Assembly: GCA_963823035.1 (NCBI GenBank)
Contig: CAWGKG010000019.1
Coordinates: 64,001-128,000 of the forward strand
Direction: 5' to 3'
Length of the DNA: 64,000 nucleotides
From: an uncultured Gemmatimonadales bacterium
GTDB lineage: Bacteria; Gemmatimonadota; Gemmatimonadetes; Longimicrobiales; Gaopeijiaceae
This document shows, one piece after another, positions 39,380-49,957 of the stretch. Below the pieces are notes generated by a model. The model was given only the letters and a program-made list of their open reading frames with translations, did not search any database and was not told the origin of the DNA. The translations under genes were made by a program, and so were the position numbers. The first letter of the stretch is position 1. Every line of letters starts with the position of its first letter.

Positions 39380-40729
39380 CTACGTGCTCGTGATCTCCAC
39401 CAGCGCGTCCCTGAGCGCGATCACGTCCGCCTCCGAGGTGAAGAGCGCCGGGGTGACCCGTACGCACGCGCCGCTCGCCACGCCGGTGCGGTGCACGGTG
39501 AAGATCCCGTGCTCATCGAGCAGGCGCTTCGCCAATGCGACGTTGTCCTCGGCGCTGGTGCGGCCCGTGAGGCGGAAGGAAGTGATGCCGGCGTGCATCG
39601 TCGGATCGTCGGGGGTGAGGATCTCGATGCCGGGACGTCCGCGCAGCTCCTCCGCCCACAGGCCGCGCAGCCGCCTCAGGCGCGCCTCCTTGTTGGCCAC
39701 TCCCACCGCGTCGTGGAAGTCGAGCGCCGTCGGCACGGTCAGGTAGGCCGCGTAGTTCGACGTGCCCGTGTGGACGCGTGAACGGACGTCGGTCGACGCG
39801 TTGTCGCGGTCGGCCATGTAGGTGTCGATGTCACCCAGGCGTTCCCGCGCCACGTACATCACACCGACGCCGATCGGCGCCCCGATCCACTTGTGGAAGT
39901 TGAAGCCGATGAACGGCACGCCGAGGTCGCGTACCGAGAAGGCCATTTGGCCGAAGGAGTGCGCGGCGTCCAGCACCACGTCGGCGCCGTGGGCACGCGC
40001 GAGCTCCGCCACTTCCGCCACGGGCACGACGAGCCCGGTGCGGTGGCTCAGGTGCGTGAGCAGGACGAGGCGGATGCGGGGATCGGCTTCCAGCGCCGCG
40101 GCGTAGACGTCGAGCACGCCCTGACGGGTGGCGGGCTCCGGGAGCGCGACCCGCACGATCTCGACGCCCCGACGCTCCTCCAGCCAGTCCATCGCGTACT
40201 GCATGCTCGTGTAGTCGAGGTCGGCGTACAGGACCGCGTCACCGGGACGGAGCCGGTTGTAGCCCCCGATGAGCGCCTGCAGCGCCTCGGTCGCGCCGCG
40301 CGTGAAAGCGATCTCGTCCTCGTCCACGCCCAGCGCCCGCGCCGCCCGGCGTCGGACCTCCATCGCGTCGTGTCCGTACTCCCTGCGTGCGTAGTAGGAG
40401 TTGCGGCGATTGACGTCGCGCGTATGCCGCTCGTAGGCCTCGAGCACGGGGCGGGGCATCATCCCCCAGTTGCCGTTCTCGAGTTGGATGATCTCGTCGG
40501 TGACCTCGTAGTGCGCGGCGACCCTGCCCCAGTACGCCTCGTCCGCGGCAAGTCGCCCCGCATCGGTCCCCGTGGGAGGGCGGAGCGTGGAAGGGTCGAA
40601 CGGCGCCGCGCTCGCACCGGCGGGCTCGCCTTCCGCTCCCGGCCGCGCACAGCCCGTGGCGGCGGCCAGCGCCGCAGCCGCTCCGGTGGTTCCGAGGAAG
40701 GCACGGCGTGACCAGCGAGTCGTCTCCAT
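39380..40729 (-). CDS. Tat-exported class V PLP enzyme (isopenicillin N epimerase / PvdN-like)
   Basis: SRRAFLG Tat motif followed by lipobox-like ATGC; TRGATEA, LDAAHSFG, NFHKWIGAP. Confidence 0.88.
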   Translation of the reverse strand: METTRWSRRAFLGTTGAAAALAAATGCARPGAEGEPAGASAAPFDPSTLRPPTGTDAGRLAADEAYWGRVAAHYEVTDEIIQLENGNWGMMPRPVLEAYERHTRDVNRRNSYYARREYGHDAMEVRRRAARALGVDEDEIAFTRGATEALQALIGGYNRLRPGDAVLYADLDYTSMQYAMDWLEERRGVEIVRVALPEPATRQGVLDVYAAALEADPRIRLVLLTHLSHRTGLVVPVAEVAELARAHGADVVLDAAHSFGQMAFSVRDLGVPFIGFNFHKWIGAPIGVGVMYVARERLGDIDTYMADRDNASTDVRSRVHTGTSNYAAYLTVPTALDFHDAVGVANKEARLRRLRGLWAEELRGRPGIEILTPDDPTMHAGITSFRLTGRTSAEDNVALAKRLLDEHGIFTVHRTGVASGACVRVTPALFTSEADVIALRDALVEITST

Positions 40730-40885
40730 GAGGCTCTCCTGCGGATCGAAGGGGCGCGGGGGAGGGGGCATCGGCCCCACTATCGCGGTCGGCCCGGGGG
40801 GCGCAAGTGTGAAGGTCGCGCGGACCGGATGGGTAGTGAGGTCGCAGCGCCGTTTCCTTCCACACCATACCGAGTGAGGCACGCC

Positions 40886-41080
40886 ATGGGCTTTCTCTGG
40901 GACATCATCCAGCAGGGACAGATCTCGAACGTGAGCAGGGACCAGACCGACATGATGACGCGGGTGGCACGCCTCGAGGACGAGGTGGTGCGCACGAACA
41001 GGGCGCTCATCCAGCTGATCGAGGCGCTGGAGAAGCGTTTCGGGGAGGACCTGGACGGCGACGGGCGGGTGGGGCGGTAG
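40886..41080 (+). CDS. small hypothetical coiled-coil protein (64 aa)
   Basis: GAGG RBS; MGFLWDIIQQGQI...RVARLEDEV...LEKRFGEDLDGDGRVGR. Confidence 0.7.
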   Translation: MGFLWDIIQQGQISNVSRDQTDMMTRVARLEDEVVRTNRALIQLIEALEKRFGEDLDGDGRVGR

Positions 41081-41083
41081 GAC

Positions 41084-41542
41084 TCAGCCCCCCTCGGGCC
41101 TCGGCTTCAGCTCCACCTTGATGTCGATCACCGGCGTGCCGTCGATGGCCTCCAGAGGCTCGACGTGCAGGCGGCACCCGTCCACCTCCAACACGGTCAC
41201 CGGGTGGATCCCGATCGGGTTGGGGCGAACGGGCGCGCGCGTGGCGAACACGCCGGTAAGGGGCCTCTGGTGATCCCGGCCGGGGTACACCTGGAGGATC
41301 GAGCGATCGGAGAGGTGTAGCCACGTGAGCAGCACCAGCTCCATCCCTGCCTCGACGCGCACCAAAGCGTCGCGGTAGCGCTCGTCGATCTCGATCCAGG
41401 CGTCGGGCGCGCCGGCCCACCCCTGGCGCGGCGCATCCTCCCTGCGCGTCAGCGAGGAGCGGACGACGCCTACGGGGTGGAGCTCGAACGCTGCCGAACG
41501 GACCCTCGCGTCGTTCGTCGGTGCGTGCGTCTCGTCGTGCAT
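41084..41542 (-). CDS. tsaA: TsaA/TrmO-family SAM-binding protein (short form)
   Basis: PVGVVRS...APRQG...LLTWLH...GVFATRAPVRPNPIG...LEAIDGTPVIDIK. Confidence 0.85.
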   Translation of the reverse strand: MHDETHAPTNDARVRSAAFELHPVGVVRSSLTRREDAPRQGWAGAPDAWIEIDERYRDALVRVEAGMELVLLTWLHLSDRSILQVYPGRDHQRPLTGVFATRAPVRPNPIGIHPVTVLEVDGCRLHVEPLEAIDGTPVIDIKVELKPRPEGG

Positions 41543-41721
41543 CGGGCTCCTCGCCGCCGATTCCTCACCGTTCGCTCACATCGGCTTCAATCTCTTCGAT
41601 TGCGGTGGTCCCCGAAACCGGTCGCGAGCCGAGGCGAGGTCGCCCTCGTGGCGCTTCACGCGCGGGTGCGTTAGGAGTTCCCCTCGTCGACACCCCTGCC
41701 ACGACCAGGAGAAGTCCGAGC

Positions 41722-42986
41722 ATGCACATCCGCGCCGTCGCGCTCTCGCTTCTCCTCGTGGCCGCGGCCGCACCCGCCGCACCCGCCCAGGAGGCCCCTC
41801 GCATCGCCCTCCGCTTCGGCGCGCTCGTCGACGGGACGGGCGCGTCCACCCCCGACGCCGTCGTGGTCGTGCAGGCCGACACGATCGTCTCGGTCGGGTC
41901 GGGCGACGCCGCGGTCCCCGGCGGCGCCTGGGTCGTGGATCTGCGGCCCCTCACGGCGATCCCGGGGATGATCGACGCGCACACGCACATGACGTACTAC
42001 CGCGATCCCGAGCGGAACCCGCGCGGGCCCAACCCTCGCTCCCCGGACTCCGTCGTCGTGGCCGCCGCCGCGAACGCGCGCGCCACCCTCGAGACCGGGG
42101 TGACCACTGTGCGCGACCTGAACGGAAGCAACGGCACGGACCTCGCGCTGCGTGACGCGATCGACAGGGGCTTCATCGTCGGGCCGCGCATGTTCGTCTC
42201 GGGGCGCGGTCTGTCGAAACGGCCGGGCGACACCACCCGGATCGACTTCGACGCGGAGATCCGCGCACGAGTCGCCCAGGGGGTCGACTGGATCAAGATG
42301 TTCGGCTCGACGGGCAGCTTTCAGAACGTCACCGGCGATCAGACGTTCTCCGACGAGGAGATGGTCGAGGCGGTGCGGATCGCGCACGGCTACGGCAAGC
42401 CCATCGCCATCCACACGTACGGAGCCGCCGGCGCGAAGGCGGCCCTGGCTGGCCGGCGCCCGAGTCGATCGAGCACCCGGCCGGCGTGGACGACGCGACG
42501 CTCGCGGAGTGGGCGCGGCGAGGGATCTTCTACGTGCCGACCATCGACCACAACCGCTTCTACGCGGAGAACGCGCCGCTCTTCGGCTACTCCGAGCGTG
42601 AGGTGATGCAGCTCGACTCCTTCCGCGCGCTCAACCTCGAGACGGCCCGCCGCGCCCACCGCGCGGGCGTGCGCTTCGCGATGGGATCGGACGCGGTCTA
42701 CTGGATGTTCGGGCAGAACACCCGGGAACTGGGCTGGCTCGTGCAGGCCGGGATGACGCCGGCCGAGGCGCTGGCGGCGGCCACGGTGAACGGCGCCGAG
42801 CTGCTCGGGATGGCGGACAAGCTCGGGCGCGTGGCGCCGGGCTACTACGCCGACATCGTCGCGGTCGAAGGCGATCCGCTGCGCGACGTCGCCGTCGTGA
42901 TCGACGGGGTCCGCTGGGTGATGAAGGGAGGCGTGGTGGTGGTGGACCGGCGAGGCGAGGGCGAAAGGGATCGGCGAGAGCCGTAG
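41722..42986 (+). CDS. exported amidohydrolase family protein; frame break near 42460
   Basis: Signal peptide; IPGMIDAHTH, GVTTVRD, DWIKMFGS, IAIH, then SIEH...AMGSDAV...YADIVAVEGDPL in the next frame. Confidence 0.88.
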
Positions 42987-42987
42987 C

Positions 42988-43359
42988 TCAGGCCAGCAGC
43001 AGCTTCACGCCGTAGCGACGCAGGGCGCGGTCCCGCGTGACCAGCGTCAGGCCTTCGGCGACAGCCTGGGCCACGAGCATGCGGTCGAAGGGGTCGCGGT
43101 GATGCAGGGGAAGGGACCCGAGCACCTCCGCGTGGGACAGCCGAAGCGGCAATTCCTCGAAGCCGGACTCGGCCACCGCCGCGGCCACCTCGCGCGTGGT
43201 CTCGATCTTCCCCAGAGACGCTTTGACGGCGATCTCCCACCCCGTCACGGCGCTCACATAGACCTGGTCGGCCTCTCGGATGGCGCTGGCGGCTCGTTTC
43301 GACATGGCTTCGCCCCCGTCCCACCAGATGAGGACGTGGGTATCGAGAAGCAGCCTCAC
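42988..43359 (-). CDS. vapC: type II toxin VapC (PIN domain)
   Basis: MRLLLDTHVLIWW...SAVTGWEIAVK...HHRDPFDRMLVAQA...LVTRD. Confidence 0.92.
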   Translation of the reverse strand: MRLLLDTHVLIWWDGGEAMSKRAASAIREADQVYVSAVTGWEIAVKASLGKIETTREVAAAVAESGFEELPLRLSHAEVLGSLPLHHRDPFDRMLVAQAVAEGLTLVTRDRALRRYGVKLLLA

Positions 43360-43634
43360 GCCTCCCCACCCTCGAAGAGCGTGATGAGGCCGTCGGGTAG
43401 GGGCTCGTCGAAGTCGTCACGCACCTTCCATCGCCCGCGACCCCTCCCAGGCTCCCTGAGGGGATGCACCTCACCCAGGGGGACGAGCCGCGCCTTCGGC
43501 TTCCCGGACTTGGCGATGACGATTTCCTCGCCGTCGGCGGCGCGGTCTACGAGAGAGGAAAGGTGGGTCTTTGCCTCGTAGAGGCTGACCGTCTCCCGAA
43601 CGACGAGGGATGGGCGCTTCTTCTTCTCGTCCAT
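43356..43634 (-). CDS. Phd/YefM family antitoxin
   Basis: VSLYEAKTHLSSLVDRAADGEEIVIAKSGKPKARLVP...DDFDEPLP; 4-nt overlap with vapC. Confidence 0.92.
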   Translation of the reverse strand: MDEKKKRPSLVVRETVSLYEAKTHLSSLVDRAADGEEIVIAKSGKPKARLVPLGEVHPLREPGRGRGRWKVRDDFDEPLPDGLITLFEGGEA

Positions 43635-43640
43635 GGAGTC

Positions 43641-43669
43641 AACCTGCCATCCATGACCAATCTGGTCAA
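43641..43669 (-). promoter_or_regulatory. toxin-antitoxin promoter with overlapping operator palindrome
   Basis: TTGACC-N17-CAGGTT ending 6 nt before the antitoxin ATG; palindrome TGACCA-N3-TGGTCA at 43654-43668. Confidence 0.6.
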
Positions 43670-43692
43670 GCGCCGATCGAGGGCCTTCCCCT

Positions 43693-45786
43693 CTATACGA
43701 CCGCCAGCTTTCTCCGCGCCGCCGGCTCGATGCGCTTCCCCGGCACCCACTGCGTCACGTAGCCGGCCACCGCCGACGCGGCGACCGAGTAGGGTGACGC
43801 CAGGTAGAGGTTCCCCGGGCCCGACCGACCGGGGAAGTTCCGGTTCTGGCTCGAGATCGACACCTCGTCGGGCGATGCCGTCACGCCGGGGCCCGCGTTG
43901 ATGCACGCCCCGCACCCCGGCTCGATGAACTCCGCGCCCATGCGCTCGAAGAGGTCGAGGTGGCCCTGCGCGCGGCAGTACTCGCGCACCTCGATCGAGC
44001 CGCACTGGATGTAGCAGCGCACGTCGCCGTGGACCCGTAGCCCCTGGGCGTCCGCCTCGGCGAACACGCGGGCGTACATGTCCATGTCCTCCTTCTTGCC
44101 GGCCGTGCACGAGCCCGCGTACGCGATGTCGATGCGCACACGATCCGCCTCGAGCTCGTCGATGAAGACACCGTTGCCCGGGTCGTTCGGGAGCGCGGCC
44201 ATGGGGCGGATCTTCGAGGCGTCGATCTCGATCACCTTCACGTACTCCGCGTCGGGATCGGACTGCATGTCCCGCACGAGCTCCTCGGCGCGCGCGCGCT
44301 CCATCCCACGCTCGTTCACCAGGAACGCCACGGCCTTCTCGTCCGCGGCGATGATGCCCGTGAACGCGCCCACTTCGGCGGCCATGTTGGTCATGGTCGC
44401 GCGCTCGTCCACCCCGAGCGCCTCCACGGCCGGCCCCGCGTACTCGATGATCTGTCCGATCGCGTGACCGTCGCGGATGTAGGGGTGCCGGAGGATCTCC
44501 AGCATGTAGTCCTTCGCCGTGACGTTGGGCGCGGGCGTGCCGCTCACCACCACCTTGAACGACTTCGGGACGCGCACGCGCACGTCCTTCGTGATCCACG
44601 AGTTGAAGATCGCCGTGGTGCCGACGCCGAAGGCCACCGCGCCGATCGCCCCGGCGTGCGGGGTGTGCGAGTCGGACCCGATCACGAGCATCCCGGGCTC
44701 GGCGTACTCCTCGAGGATCTTCGAGTGGCAGATCGCCTCGGAGCCCTGGAGATGGCCCATCTGCTCGCCGTAGAGGCGGATGCCCTGTCGCTCCGCGAAC
44801 TGGCGCTGCTTCACCTCGAGCTGATTGGCGACGTCGAGCAGGCCCTCCTCGATGCGCTCCTGCGTCATCGCCTTGGCGAGGAAGGTCAGATGGTCGCGGA
44901 AGAAGAGGACGGAGTCCGTGTCCACGACCCGTCCGTCCCTGCCGACCTTCTCCTCGAAGAAGATCGCCGACATGGGCGTGACATACTCGTGGCTGAAGCG
45001 GATGTCCGTGCGGAAGAAGCCGGCCTCGCCCGGCTCGACCCACGGCACGCCCACCTCGTTGTCCGCCGCGCTCACCACCAGGTGGCGGGCGAAGATCTTC
45101 TCGGCGACGGTCATCGCCCGGCGGGCCGCGGCGCCCCCGCCGAGGCTCGTGGGGACGGGGAGCGTCACCTTCCCCTGCAGGCGTGCCACGTTGAACTCGA
45201 AGAGCCCACCGTGCTCGATGATCTGGCGGGTGATCTCGTCCTCGCCGTCCGTGAAGACGGAGAGGGGGATGTCCTCGCCGGCGCGGATCCGGTCGAGCAC
45301 GGCGAAGTCCGTGGTCGTGAGCACGCCGAGGTTCTGGCAATTCTCGTTGTAGATGCGCTCGATGCTCTCGGCGACCACCACCTGGACGCCTGCCATCAGC
45401 TCCGCATACGGGCTCTGCTCCCGGCTGCTCCCCTTGCCGCGACGCTTCCCGGCCACCGAGCAGACGAAGCCGCCGTCCTTCACGGAGGAGCGGGTGACCG
45501 GATACTCCGTCTCGCCCGTCGCGCGGTTCGTGGTGCGCAGCCCGAGGTAGGGGAAGTCGCCCAGGGTCTCGTCGTAGAAGTAGCAAATGTACGCGGGGGT
45601 GATCTCGTCCGTGGAGATCTGGTCCCTGAGCCGCTCCTTCAGCTCCTCCGTGAGCGGGACGTCGCGACCCTCTTCGAGTTGGGCGCGCACGAGCTCCGCG
45701 TCGTCGAGGAGGAGGAGGATGCGGCCGTCGAACTTCAACGTCGTCGGCCGCTTCTCGATCGTGCGATCCAGCAGGTCCTTGATCAT
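43693..45786 (-). CDS. aconitase-family hydratase, fused small (swivel) domain followed by large Fe-S domain (LeuD-LeuC-like)
   Basis: N-terminal DQISTDEITP, GKGSSREQS; C-terminal MTVAEKI, DSHTPHAGAIG, NMAAEVGA, GSCT, PGCGAC, SSQNRNFPGRSG; start ATG 45786. Confidence 0.9.
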   Translation of the reverse strand: MIKDLLDRTIEKRPTTLKFDGRILLLLDDAELVRAQLEEGRDVPLTEELKERLRDQISTDEITPAYICYFYDETLGDFPYLGLRTTNRATGETEYPVTRSSVKDGGFVCSVAGKRRGKGSSREQSPYAELMAGVQVVVAESIERIYNENCQNLGVLTTTDFAVLDRIRAGEDIPLSVFTDGEDEITRQIIEHGGLFEFNVARLQGKVTLPVPTSLGGGAAARRAMTVAEKIFARHLVVSAADNEVGVPWVEPGEAGFFRTDIRFSHEYVTPMSAIFFEEKVGRDGRVVDTDSVLFFRDHLTFLAKAMTQERIEEGLLDVANQLEVKQRQFAERQGIRLYGEQMGHLQGSEAICHSKILEEYAEPGMLVIGSDSHTPHAGAIGAVAFGVGTTAIFNSWITKDVRVRVPKSFKVVVSGTPAPNVTAKDYMLEILRHPYIRDGHAIGQIIEYAGPAVEALGVDERATMTNMAAEVGAFTGIIAADEKAVAFLVNERGMERARAEELVRDMQSDPDAEYVKVIEIDASKIRPMAALPNDPGNGVFIDELEADRVRIDIAYAGSCTAGKKEDMDMYARVFAEADAQGLRVHGDVRCYIQCGSIEVREYCRAQGHLDLFERMGAEFIEPGCGACINAGPGVTASPDEVSISSQNRNFPGRSGPGNLYLASPYSVAASAVAGYVTQWVPGKRIEPAARRKLAVV

Positions 45787-46967
45787 CGGTGCTCGCGTTC
45801 GGTGTCGATGTCGGCGCCGGCTTCCGTCAGCGCGGCTCGGAGGAGCGTGGGCTCGTCGAGCCCGAGACCCAGCGTCCGGACGGTCCGGCGAAGGCCGTAG
45901 ATACCCTGGGCCGGAATGGGTCGGTCCAACTCGAGAACCTGCAACGTCGCGCCCGGAAGCGCCAAGCGCAGGTCCAACGCCCGCTTCGTCGCACGCTCCT
46001 CGGCGGTCGGCGCGCGCAGGGCCGTGACCGCTTCGAGCGGCACGTCCACGCGCCAGCGCAGCCCGAATCGGATACGAATCCGGCGAGCCTCGACCGTGAT
46101 CGGACGGAGCCGGCATGCACGCCAGTCGCCGTAGACCCACAGCGCTCCGTAGATGCCCAGACCCGTGAGGATCCAGGCGACCCGGTGGCTCCAGAGGCTC
46201 ACCAGGAGGTGGACGGCCGCGACCTCCACCGCGGTGGCCATGAGCAGCGCGAAGACGATCGCGCCGTAGGCGGTCTTCCTGTGGTAGGTGAAGCCGGGCG
46301 CGGCCGCCTCGGCGCGGGGCGAGCGGGCACCCAGCGCGTAGTAGAGCACCGACATCTCGTACGCCAGGACCTCGGCGAAGCGGCCGGGCCCGAGCGCCTC
46401 GGCGGTCGCGTGCTGCAGCGCGGCCTGGGCGTCCCACGAGCCGGTTTCCGTCGGGTCGGCGCGGAACGTACGGCGGCCGACGCGGACCTTGCCGACCAGG
46501 AAGGCGAAGGTGAGCAGCTCGAGCGGCGCGGCCGCGAGGTGGGCGATGCGCAGAGCGCCGCGGTGCCCGGCCGGGAGGGCCGCGCCGGCCAGCGCGAGCG
46601 ACGCGAAGTAGAGCGGCACGAGCGCCCAGTACGACCACTCGAAGTCGCGGCCGAGCATCCACCAGGCGATCAGGGAGGCGCCGACGGTGAGATCGATCGT
46701 CGCGGCCACGTCCACCAGCCCGCCGTCCCCGGTCGATGCCGCCAGAGAGGCCGCCTGCCGGTCGACGAGGGCGATCGCCACGAGCACGAGGCCGCAGAGG
46801 GCGATCGTCACGCCGCGCGGCAGGGGCACGAGGGCTCTGGATCCGAGCTTCTTCAAGGGCAGCTTCCGGACCGGAGGTACGGTGGGGGTGCCGGCGCACG
46901 GTGGGCCGGCACCCTCAAAGCTGCGACGCGCGACCCACTGGGCAACCCCGGGCCGCGGTTGCATCAT
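45783..46967 (-). CDS. multi-pass membrane hypothetical protein; start uncertain, may lie ~130 nt further 3'
   Basis: Several transmembrane helices; EMSVLYYAL, FTYHR, EVAAVHLLV, RPITV...IRFGLRW; ATGA overlap with the aconitase gene. Confidence 0.7.
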   Translation of the reverse strand: MMQPRPGVAQWVARRSFEGAGPPCAGTPTVPPVRKLPLKKLGSRALVPLPRGVTIALCGLVLVAIALVDRQAASLAASTGDGGLVDVAATIDLTVGASLIAWWMLGRDFEWSYWALVPLYFASLALAGAALPAGHRGALRIAHLAAAPLELLTFAFLVGKVRVGRRTFRADPTETGSWDAQAALQHATAEALGPGRFAEVLAYEMSVLYYALGARSPRAEAAAPGFTYHRKTAYGAIVFALLMATAVEVAAVHLLVSLWSHRVAWILTGLGIYGALWVYGDWRACRLRPITVEARRIRIRFGLRWRVDVPLEAVTALRAPTAEERATKRALDLRLALPGATLQVLELDRPIPAQGIYGLRRTVRTLGLGLDEPTLLRAALTEAGADIDTEREHR

Positions 46968-47033
46968 CTACACCTGTCGGAGAGGGCGGGTGGACGCCCG
47001 CCGTGAAGCGGCTACGGGAAGCGAGGTGACGAC

Positions 47034-48318
47034 GTGGGATTCCATCGGGTTGGTGGCTTCGGGCAGTTGCTGGCCTCGTTCGCGCTCGCTGGATCGCTCG
47101 CCGCGCAGCAGGTCGTGGATCTCCCCGGTCAGGATCGCGTGCTGTCGGCCCAGCTCGAGGACGTGTACCAGGTCGGCTCGATGGACGGCGAGGCCTGGGA
47201 GACGTTCGGGGACATCGCGTCGGTCGGCTTCGACGCCGAAGGGAGGCTCTACGTCTTCGACCGGCAGAGCTCGCACGTGGTCGTGGTCGACCCCTCCGGG
47301 AAGTTCGTGCGCGAGATCGGCAAGGCGGGAGAGGGGCCGGAGGAGCTCCGCCAGCCCGGCGCCTTCACGGTCCTGAGGGACGGCACGGTGGTGTTCGCCG
47401 ACATGGGCCACCGCGCCTACTCCCTCTTCGGGCCGGACGGGAGCTTCCAGCGGCTGGTGCCCTTCGGCGGAGACGGAGACGTGATCCGCATCGGCGACAT
47501 CGCCGCCGACCCGCGGGGCGGGGCGGTCTTGAGCGGGGGCGCGACGATGATCTCGATGACACGCGTCGCCGAGAGCGGCAAGGTGGAGATGCCGGAGGGG
47601 CGGCCGATCGAGCGCATCGGCCTCACCGGCGAGCGCGAGGTCGTCGACACGCTGGCCGAGGGGTGGTTCCCTCCCCGGGGCGACGAGACGCCGCAGAACA
47701 TGAACGGCGGCGGGATGAGCTTGCGCATCGCCATTCCGGCGCCGCGGGCGTTCGAGCCTCCGCTGGCCTTCGGTCCGCTTCCCGACGGCGGGGTGGCCTA
47801 TTCGGACAGCAGCGCCTACGAGGTCAAGATCGTGGACGCGAACGGCGCCCTCCGGCGCGTTCTGCGCAGGCCGATCGCGCCGACGCCCGTCACGAAGAGG
47901 ATGCAGGACGCGGAGAGGAAGCGGCGCCTCGACGAGCTCGAGGTCGGGGAGGGGCCGCGCATGATGATGACGACGCGAGGAGGGCGGCACGGCCCGGCCG
48001 ATCGCGGGCGACGCGATCAAGGAGATGATGAAGGGGCGGATCGAAGCCATGACGTTCTACCCCGAGCTGCCCGTGCTCCTGGACCTGGCGACCGGGTGGA
48101 GCGGGAAGGTCTGGGCCGAACGGCGGAGCGACCGGCCCACGGAGCCGGGACCCATCGACGTGCTCACGCCCACCGGGGACTACGTGGGCACCCTCGAGGA
48201 GGGGGCAGTGGCGCTCCCGTCGGCCTTCGGCCCGGGCGGGTTGGTGGCGTTCGTGGAGACGGACGAGATGGACGTCCCCGTCGTGGTCGTGAAGCGGCTG
48301 CCCGCCATCCTGCGCTAG
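47034..48318 (+). CDS. exported 6-bladed beta-propeller (NHL/TolB-like) protein; frame break near 47980
   Basis: Signal peptide ending [15 protein letters not shown]...[18 protein letters not shown]-terminal [14 protein letters not shown]...[13 protein letters not shown]. Confidence 0.82.
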
Positions 48319-48345
48319 GACACCAGCAGCCCGTGGTGGAACGAC

Positions 48346-48378
48346 GAGGGGCGGCGACCCGGTCGGTCGCCGCCCCTC
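48346..48378. terminator. GC-rich hairpin between convergent genes
   Basis: Perfect 14-bp stem GAGGGGCGGCGACC / GGTCGCCGCCCCTC with a 5-nt loop; no long U tract. Confidence 0.55.
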
Positions 48379-48402
48379 TCCGCAGGCTCCGCGATCGCGT
48401 CC

Positions 48403-49791
48403 CTACGAGAAGTCCGCGCCGAAGAACATCACCGCGATGAGGATCGCGGCCACGGCCAGCGGTGCGACGTAGCGGATGAAGAAGCGCCACGCCCCGTAGC
48501 TGAACCACTTCGGCGTCTTGTCGTCCACCAGCTCGTCCTCGGTCTGCTTGCGGGTCATGAACCACCCGCAGCCGATCGTGATGAGCAACCCGCCGATGGG
48601 GAGCTGGAAGTTCGAGGCGAAGTGGTCGAGGGTGGCGAAGAAGCCCTGCTTCCCCTGGAAGATCTCGAAGCTCGAGAGCCCCGGCACCGCGCCGAAGGAG
48701 AGCGCCGCCAGGATCGTGAAGACGAACACGATGGCGCCGCTGAGCAGCGTGGCCTTGGGCCGCGGCCATCTTCCGCTCGTCGATGAAGTAGCTCACCACG
48801 ACCTCGAGGAGCGAGATGGTGGAGGTGAGCGCGGCCATCGCCACCAGGACGTAGAAGAGCGGGCCGAGCACCCGCCCGAACGGCACCACCTGGTAGAACA
48901 GCTGCGGCAGCGAGATGAAGAGCATGCCCACCGTCGAGCCGCTCACCTGCTCCGGCATGCCCGGCACCGTGAAGATCACCGAGAACATGATGATCGTCGC
49001 GAACAGCGCGATGATCGTGTCCAGCAGGACGATCACGCCGGCCGAGGTCACCAGCGACTTGTCGCGCTTGATGTAGGAGCCGTACGTGATCATGGCGCCC
49101 ATGCCGAGCGACAGCGTGAAGAAGGAGTGGCCCAGCGCTTCCAGGATCCCGCGCGGCTCGAGCTCGTGGAAGTTGGGGCGGAAGATGAAGCGGATCGCCT
49201 CGCCCGAGCCCTCCATGGTCAGCGCGCTGAAGAGGAGCATCAGGAGGATCGCGAACAGCACGGGGAGGAAGATCCGGCTGATCTTCTCGATGCCGCCGTG
49301 CACGCCGAAGTAGACGACGCCCACGGTCGCGACCGAGAAGAGCCCCGCCAGCAGGAGCTGCAGCCCCCCGTTCGCCACGACCCCGCTGAAGATCGCGCCC
49401 GTCTGCGCGTCGGCCGGGAAGCCGGTGAGGCTCCACCCCAGCGTCTTCACGAAGTAGAAGAGCGACCAGCCGGCCACCACGCTGTAGTAGCTCAGGATCG
49501 TGAAGCCGGCCAGCACGCCCCACGCGCCCACGAGTCCCCACCGGGGCCGATCGCCTCCTTGAGCGCGCCGACCGCGCTCTGCTGCGTACTGCGGCCGATG
49601 AGCAGCTCCGCCATCATGATCGGCAGGCCGACCCCCGCGATGCAGAGAAGGTAGACCAGCACGAACGCGCCTCCGCGGTTGTTCCACGTGATGAAGGGGA
49701 ACTTCCACAGGTTGCCGAGACCGATCGCGCTGCCGGCGGCTGCGAGAATGAAGCCTACGTTCGAGGTCCACTGATCGCGCGGCTGGCTCAT
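48403..49791 (-). CDS. sodium-dependent transporter, NSS/SNF (LeuT-like) family; frame breaks near 49540 and 48765
   Basis: RDQWTSNVGFILAAAGSAIGLGNLWKFP...GGAF, YYSVVAGW, FFTLSLGMGAMITYGSY, AALTSTISLLE. Confidence 0.9.
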
Positions 49792-49957
49792 GAGGCGGGG
49801 GCTCCGGTCTGGACGGACGGGCATTCGCCGGGGGATACGCGCCCCGGTCCGGGCGATTTCGGCACCCAACATACCGGCGCCTGTGAACTCCGGACAGACA
49901 ACCGCGTACAGTGAGGCCAACCGACACCGGTCGGGCTTCCTGAAAGGATCGATCCAC

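Noticed and set aside
43693..46899. 1068-aa aconitase ORF with a long N-terminal extension
   Set aside because: The extension overlaps the membrane-protein gene in another frame; the real start is ATG 45786 at an ATGA overlap.
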